In this document: positions 35,961-38,561 of the stretch, one piece after another
How positions within the stretch are numbered: the first letter of the stretch is position 1
Layout: each line of letters begins with the position of its first letter
Sequence record: PZ344858.1
Strand: one strand, 5' to 3'
DNA: 38,561 bases
Origin: a phage
Made by a program: the position numbers and the translations under genes
Notes under the pieces: model-generated
Databases searched by the model: none
Seen by the model: the letters and a program-made list of their open reading frames with translations, nothing else
Told to the model about the DNA's origin: nothing

Positions 35961-37637
35961 ATGGCTAACGTAATTAAAACCGTTTTGACTTACCCGTTAG
36001 ATGGCTCCAATCGTGATTTTAATATTCCGTTTGAGTATCTGGCCCGTAAGTTCGTAGTGGTAACTCTTATTGGTGTTGACCGCAAGGTCCTTACGCTCAA
36101 TACAGATTATCGCTTTGCTACGCGCACTACTATCTCGCTGACCAAATCTTGGGGTCCTGCTGATGGCTACACGACCATCGAGTTGCGCCGAGTAACCTCC
36201 ACGACCGACCGATTGGTTGACTTTACGGACGGCTCAATCCTGCGTGCGTATGACCTTAACGTAGCGCAGATTCAGACTATGCATGTGGCAGAAGAGGCCC
36301 GTGACTTAACTGCGGATACCATTGGTGTCAACAATGATGGTCACTTGGATGCCCGTGGTCGTCGTATCGTGAACCTAGCGAACGCTGTGGATGACCGTGA
36401 TGCCGTTCCATTTGGTCAACTTAAGACCATGAACCAGAACTCATGGCAAGCGCGTAATGAAGCCTTACAGTTCCGTAATGAGGCTGAGACTTTCAGAAAC
36501 CAAGCGGAGGGCTTTAAGAACGAGTCCAGCACTAACGCTACGAATACCAATCAGTGGCGTAATGAGGCTAAGGGGTTCCGTGATGAGGCCGAACAGTTCA
36601 AGAACACTGCGGCACAACAGGCTACCGCTGCTAGTAACTCTGCGGCTGCTGCTCACCAATCCGAGGTGAACGCTGCGAACTCCGCTACTGCATCCGCTAA
36701 CTCTGCCCAGTCGGCAGAACAGCAAGCAGACCGTGCGGAGCGTGAAGCAGACAAGTTGGGTAACTGGAATGCACTTGCAGAGGCCATTGAGGAAGTAAGT
36801 CCTGACCATGTGGTCACGTGGGCGGCTACTGCTAAGTTTAACGGTGAACTTATTGCTAAACGTTCTTCAACCCTGAATGCAACTGCCGAAGCTGGCTCTA
36901 TGGGGCAGATGGTACATGAATATGACCCGACTGCCGGGCGGTACACCTCAAATACATTTTGGGCTATCAAACACCCACATCAAGATGGATGGCACGTTCC
37001 CTTTCAGGTTCAAAGTAAACCTAATGATTCTGCTACATGGGAGATGCACTTCGGGGACTTCATGCATTGCTACAATGGCTTGCAGGTCGAAGGGTTCAAC
37101 AAACCGCTAGGTGTTACTAATCAGGCTAATACTGCCGTTAAGACGGTGGCACATGGTCCGGGTGATTTAGCCCAAGGCTCATGGGTATGTAACACCAGAT
37201 GGAGTTTCTACGACGCAGGGTTAGAAATTGGATGGGTTCGTGGTGGCTCTTCGAATGGCAACGGCCTACTCAGGTGGAAACCGGAAGCATCTCAAGCGAC
37301 GTATCATGACATTTGGCTAAACCCAGGTGGCGAGGTACAATTCCCATCCACGATTAAGGCAGGTGCTGCAACATATGCCGTTGATGGAAACATTGCCGGA
37401 ACTGTATGGGGCGGTTCTGGTCATCTTTACGGGTGGCTTAGAGAAAACACAGTCAACCACATTGCGATGGGTGGAGTTAACTGGGCGCAACTGTGGAGGG
37501 CTGGCGGTGTTGATGATGGTGGCGGTAAGGTCATAACAGGTATTTTAAACACGAACGCCGATGACACGGTAGATGGCTGCCAGTGGCGTGTTATGCAATA
37601 TGTACGCAACGATGGTCAACGCTTCAATATTTACTAA
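35961..37637 (+). CDS. 17: Tail fibre protein (T7 gp17-like N-terminal half, divergent C-terminal receptor-binding half)
   Basis: 558 aa; residues 1 to about 265 near-identical to T7 gp17 as recalled; remainder unrelated to the T7 tip. Confidence 0.95.
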   Translation: MANVIKTVLTYPLDGSNRDFNIPFEYLARKFVVVTLIGVDRKVLTLNTDYRFATRTTISLTKSWGPADGYTTIELRRVTSTTDRLVDFTDGSILRAYDLNVAQIQTMHVAEEARDLTADTIGVNNDGHLDARGRRIVNLANAVDDRDAVPFGQLKTMNQNSWQARNEALQFRNEAETFRNQAEGFKNESSTNATNTNQWRNEAKGFRDEAEQFKNTAAQQATAASNSAAAAHQSEVNAANSATASANSAQSAEQQADRAEREADKLGNWNALAEAIEEVSPDHVVTWAATAKFNGELIAKRSSTLNATAEAGSMGQMVHEYDPTAGRYTSNTFWAIKHPHQDGWHVPFQVQSKPNDSATWEMHFGDFMHCYNGLQVEGFNKPLGVTNQANTAVKTVAHGPGDLAQGSWVCNTRWSFYDAGLEIGWVRGGSSNGNGLLRWKPEASQATYHDIWLNPGGEVQFPSTIKAGAATYAVDGNIAGTVWGGSGHLYGWLRENTVNHIAMGGVNWAQLWRAGGVDDGGGKVITGILNTNADDTVDGCQWRVMQYVRNDGQRFNIY

Positions 37638-37649
37638 AGGAGATACACT

Positions 37650-38177
37650 ATGAAGACTTTACGTCACTATAAGAACTTCGTAAACTATATCCCAGAACGC
37701 ACCAAAGAGAATGCAGACCTTCTGGACCACGGAGTTGGCTTCTCAAAGGACGAGAATGGGAATGACTGGTATGAACTACGTGAGACATTCCGTGAGGATA
37801 CGTGGAAACTTGTCTATGCTAAAGATGGTTCGGTTATCCAGTGTGAACAGGATGTTCAGGAGTTAGCCGTGCAGGGTTCTGCTGGGGTAGTTGAACTTGA
37901 GGAAATCCCTGCTGAATACTCTCGTTACAATATGATGCAGTGGTGGTGGGACGGTGAGAAGCTCACTTGGTATCCGAGATACTTTGAGAACCAGAAGGCT
38001 CGTCTACTCTCTATGGCCTCCAAGAAGATTGAGCAGTATGCTGACTTTATGGCGCTTGGGGAGGAGGGATTAGAGGGTCTACTAAATGCGTGGCGAATCT
38101 ATCGACTTGCTGTGTATAAAGTGGACCTAAGTGTTCTACCTTTTTACGATTGGCCTGAGAAGCCTGAGGACTTATAA
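37650..38177 (+). CDS. Tail fibre assembly protein / chaperone (lambda Tfa-like)
   Basis: 175 aa with RBS aaaggag; C-terminal NAWRIYRLAVYKVDLSVLPFYDWPEKPE resembles lambda Tfa [27 protein letters not shown]; located immediately 3' of the tail-fibre gene. Confidence 0.8.
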   Translation: MKTLRHYKNFVNYIPERTKENADLLDHGVGFSKDENGNDWYELRETFREDTWKLVYAKDGSVIQCEQDVQELAVQGSAGVVELEEIPAEYSRYNMMQWWWDGEKLTWYPRYFENQKARLLSMASKKIEQYADFMALGEEGLEGLLNAWRIYRLAVYKVDLSVLPFYDWPEKPEDL

Positions 38178-38232
38178 CAACCACACAAGGAAAGACGTGT
38201 AGTCCACGGATGGACTCAGTTATGGAGGATAC

Positions 38233-38436
38233 ATGTTGTCTTTAGATTTTAACAATGAGTTAGTCAAGGCTGCACCTATTGTTGGAACAGGTGTGGCTGA
38301 TGGCGCTGCGAGGCTTTTCTTCGGGTTGAGTCTTAATGAGTGGTTTTATGTTGCTGCTATCGCCTATACAGTGGTTCAGATTGGTGCCAAGGTAGTCGAT
38401 AAGATGATTGACTGGAAGAAAGCTAATAAGGAGTGA
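38233..38436 (+). CDS. 17.5: Class II holin (T7 gp17.5 homolog)
   Basis: 67 aa with a hydrophobic transmembrane segment and charged C-terminus KKANKE; RBS ggagga. Confidence 0.85.
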   Translation: MLSLDFNNELVKAAPIVGTGVADGAARLFFGLSLNEWFYVAAIAYTVVQIGAKVVDKMIDWKKANKE

Positions 38437-38441
38437 TGCAT

Positions 38442-38561
38442 ATGGAAAAAGATAAGAGCCTTATCACGTTCTTAGAGATGTTGGACACTGCGATGGCGCA
38501 ACGTATGCTTGCAGACCTTTCTGACCCTGAGCGTCGTTCTCCACAGCTATACAACGCCATC
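38442..38561 (+). CDS. 18: Small terminase subunit (T7 gp18-like), N-terminal part; continues at window positions 1-150
   Basis: MEKDKSLITFLEMLDTAMAQRMLADLSDPERRSPQLYNAI runs to the window end in frame with the CDS at 1-150. Confidence 0.85.
   Translation, partial: MEKDKSLITFLEMLDTAMAQRMLADLSDPERRSPQLYNAI

Noticed and set aside
37628-37650. tttactaaaggagatacac upstream of the Tfa-like gene, resembling the 3' half of a T7 promoter
   Set aside because: Matches only the ACTAAAGGAGA portion, which is also an RBS; the TAATACGACTC recognition half is absent, so it is treated as an RBS only.

Overview
The window reads as an essentially complete, circularly permuted genome of a T7-like podophage, with every supported gene on the + strand in the canonical T7 order. 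It starts and ends inside the small terminase gene (gene 18), so the two window ends are contiguous. Order: 18 (C-terminal part), spanins 18.5/18.7, large terminase 19, 19.5, right genome end, a single-copy terminal repeat, left end with tandem host sigma70-type early promoters, early genes 0.3 (ocr) to 0.7 (kinase), gene 1 RNA polymerase (883 aa), class II DNA-metabolism genes (ligase, gene 2, SSB, endonuclease I, lysozyme, primase-helicase, DNA polymerase, exonuclease), then morphogenesis genes 6.5 to 17, holin 17.5 and 18 (N-terminal part). Eight T7-type promoters matching the consensus TAATACGACTCACTATAGGGAGA are present, all between the left end and gene 4.7, together with several RNase III-type processing hairpins. 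The sequence also departs sharply from the T7 blueprint: (1) the major capsid gene (gene 10) is reduced to a start-less 3' remnant and no other capsid ORF exists; (2) no T7-type promoter is detectable anywhere downstream of gene 4.7, so phi6.5, phi9, phi10, phi13, phi17 and phiOR equivalents and the T-phi terminator are all missing; (3) gene 11 has lost its native start and ribosome-binding site; (4) the tail-fibre gene 17 has a T7-like N-terminal half but a different C-terminal half and is followed by a lambda Tfa-type tail-fibre assembly gene not found in T7; (5) an HNH homing endonuclease sits between genes 2.5 and 3 while the 3.8 and 7.7 slots are empty; (6) the early region carries an extra promoter and an extra small-gene module. 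As written the genome looks like a deletion derivative, an engineered or complementation-dependent construct, or a mis-assembly rather than an autonomous wild-type phage. All T7 comparisons are from memory, not from a database search or alignment. No tRNA, rRNA or CRISPR array was found.
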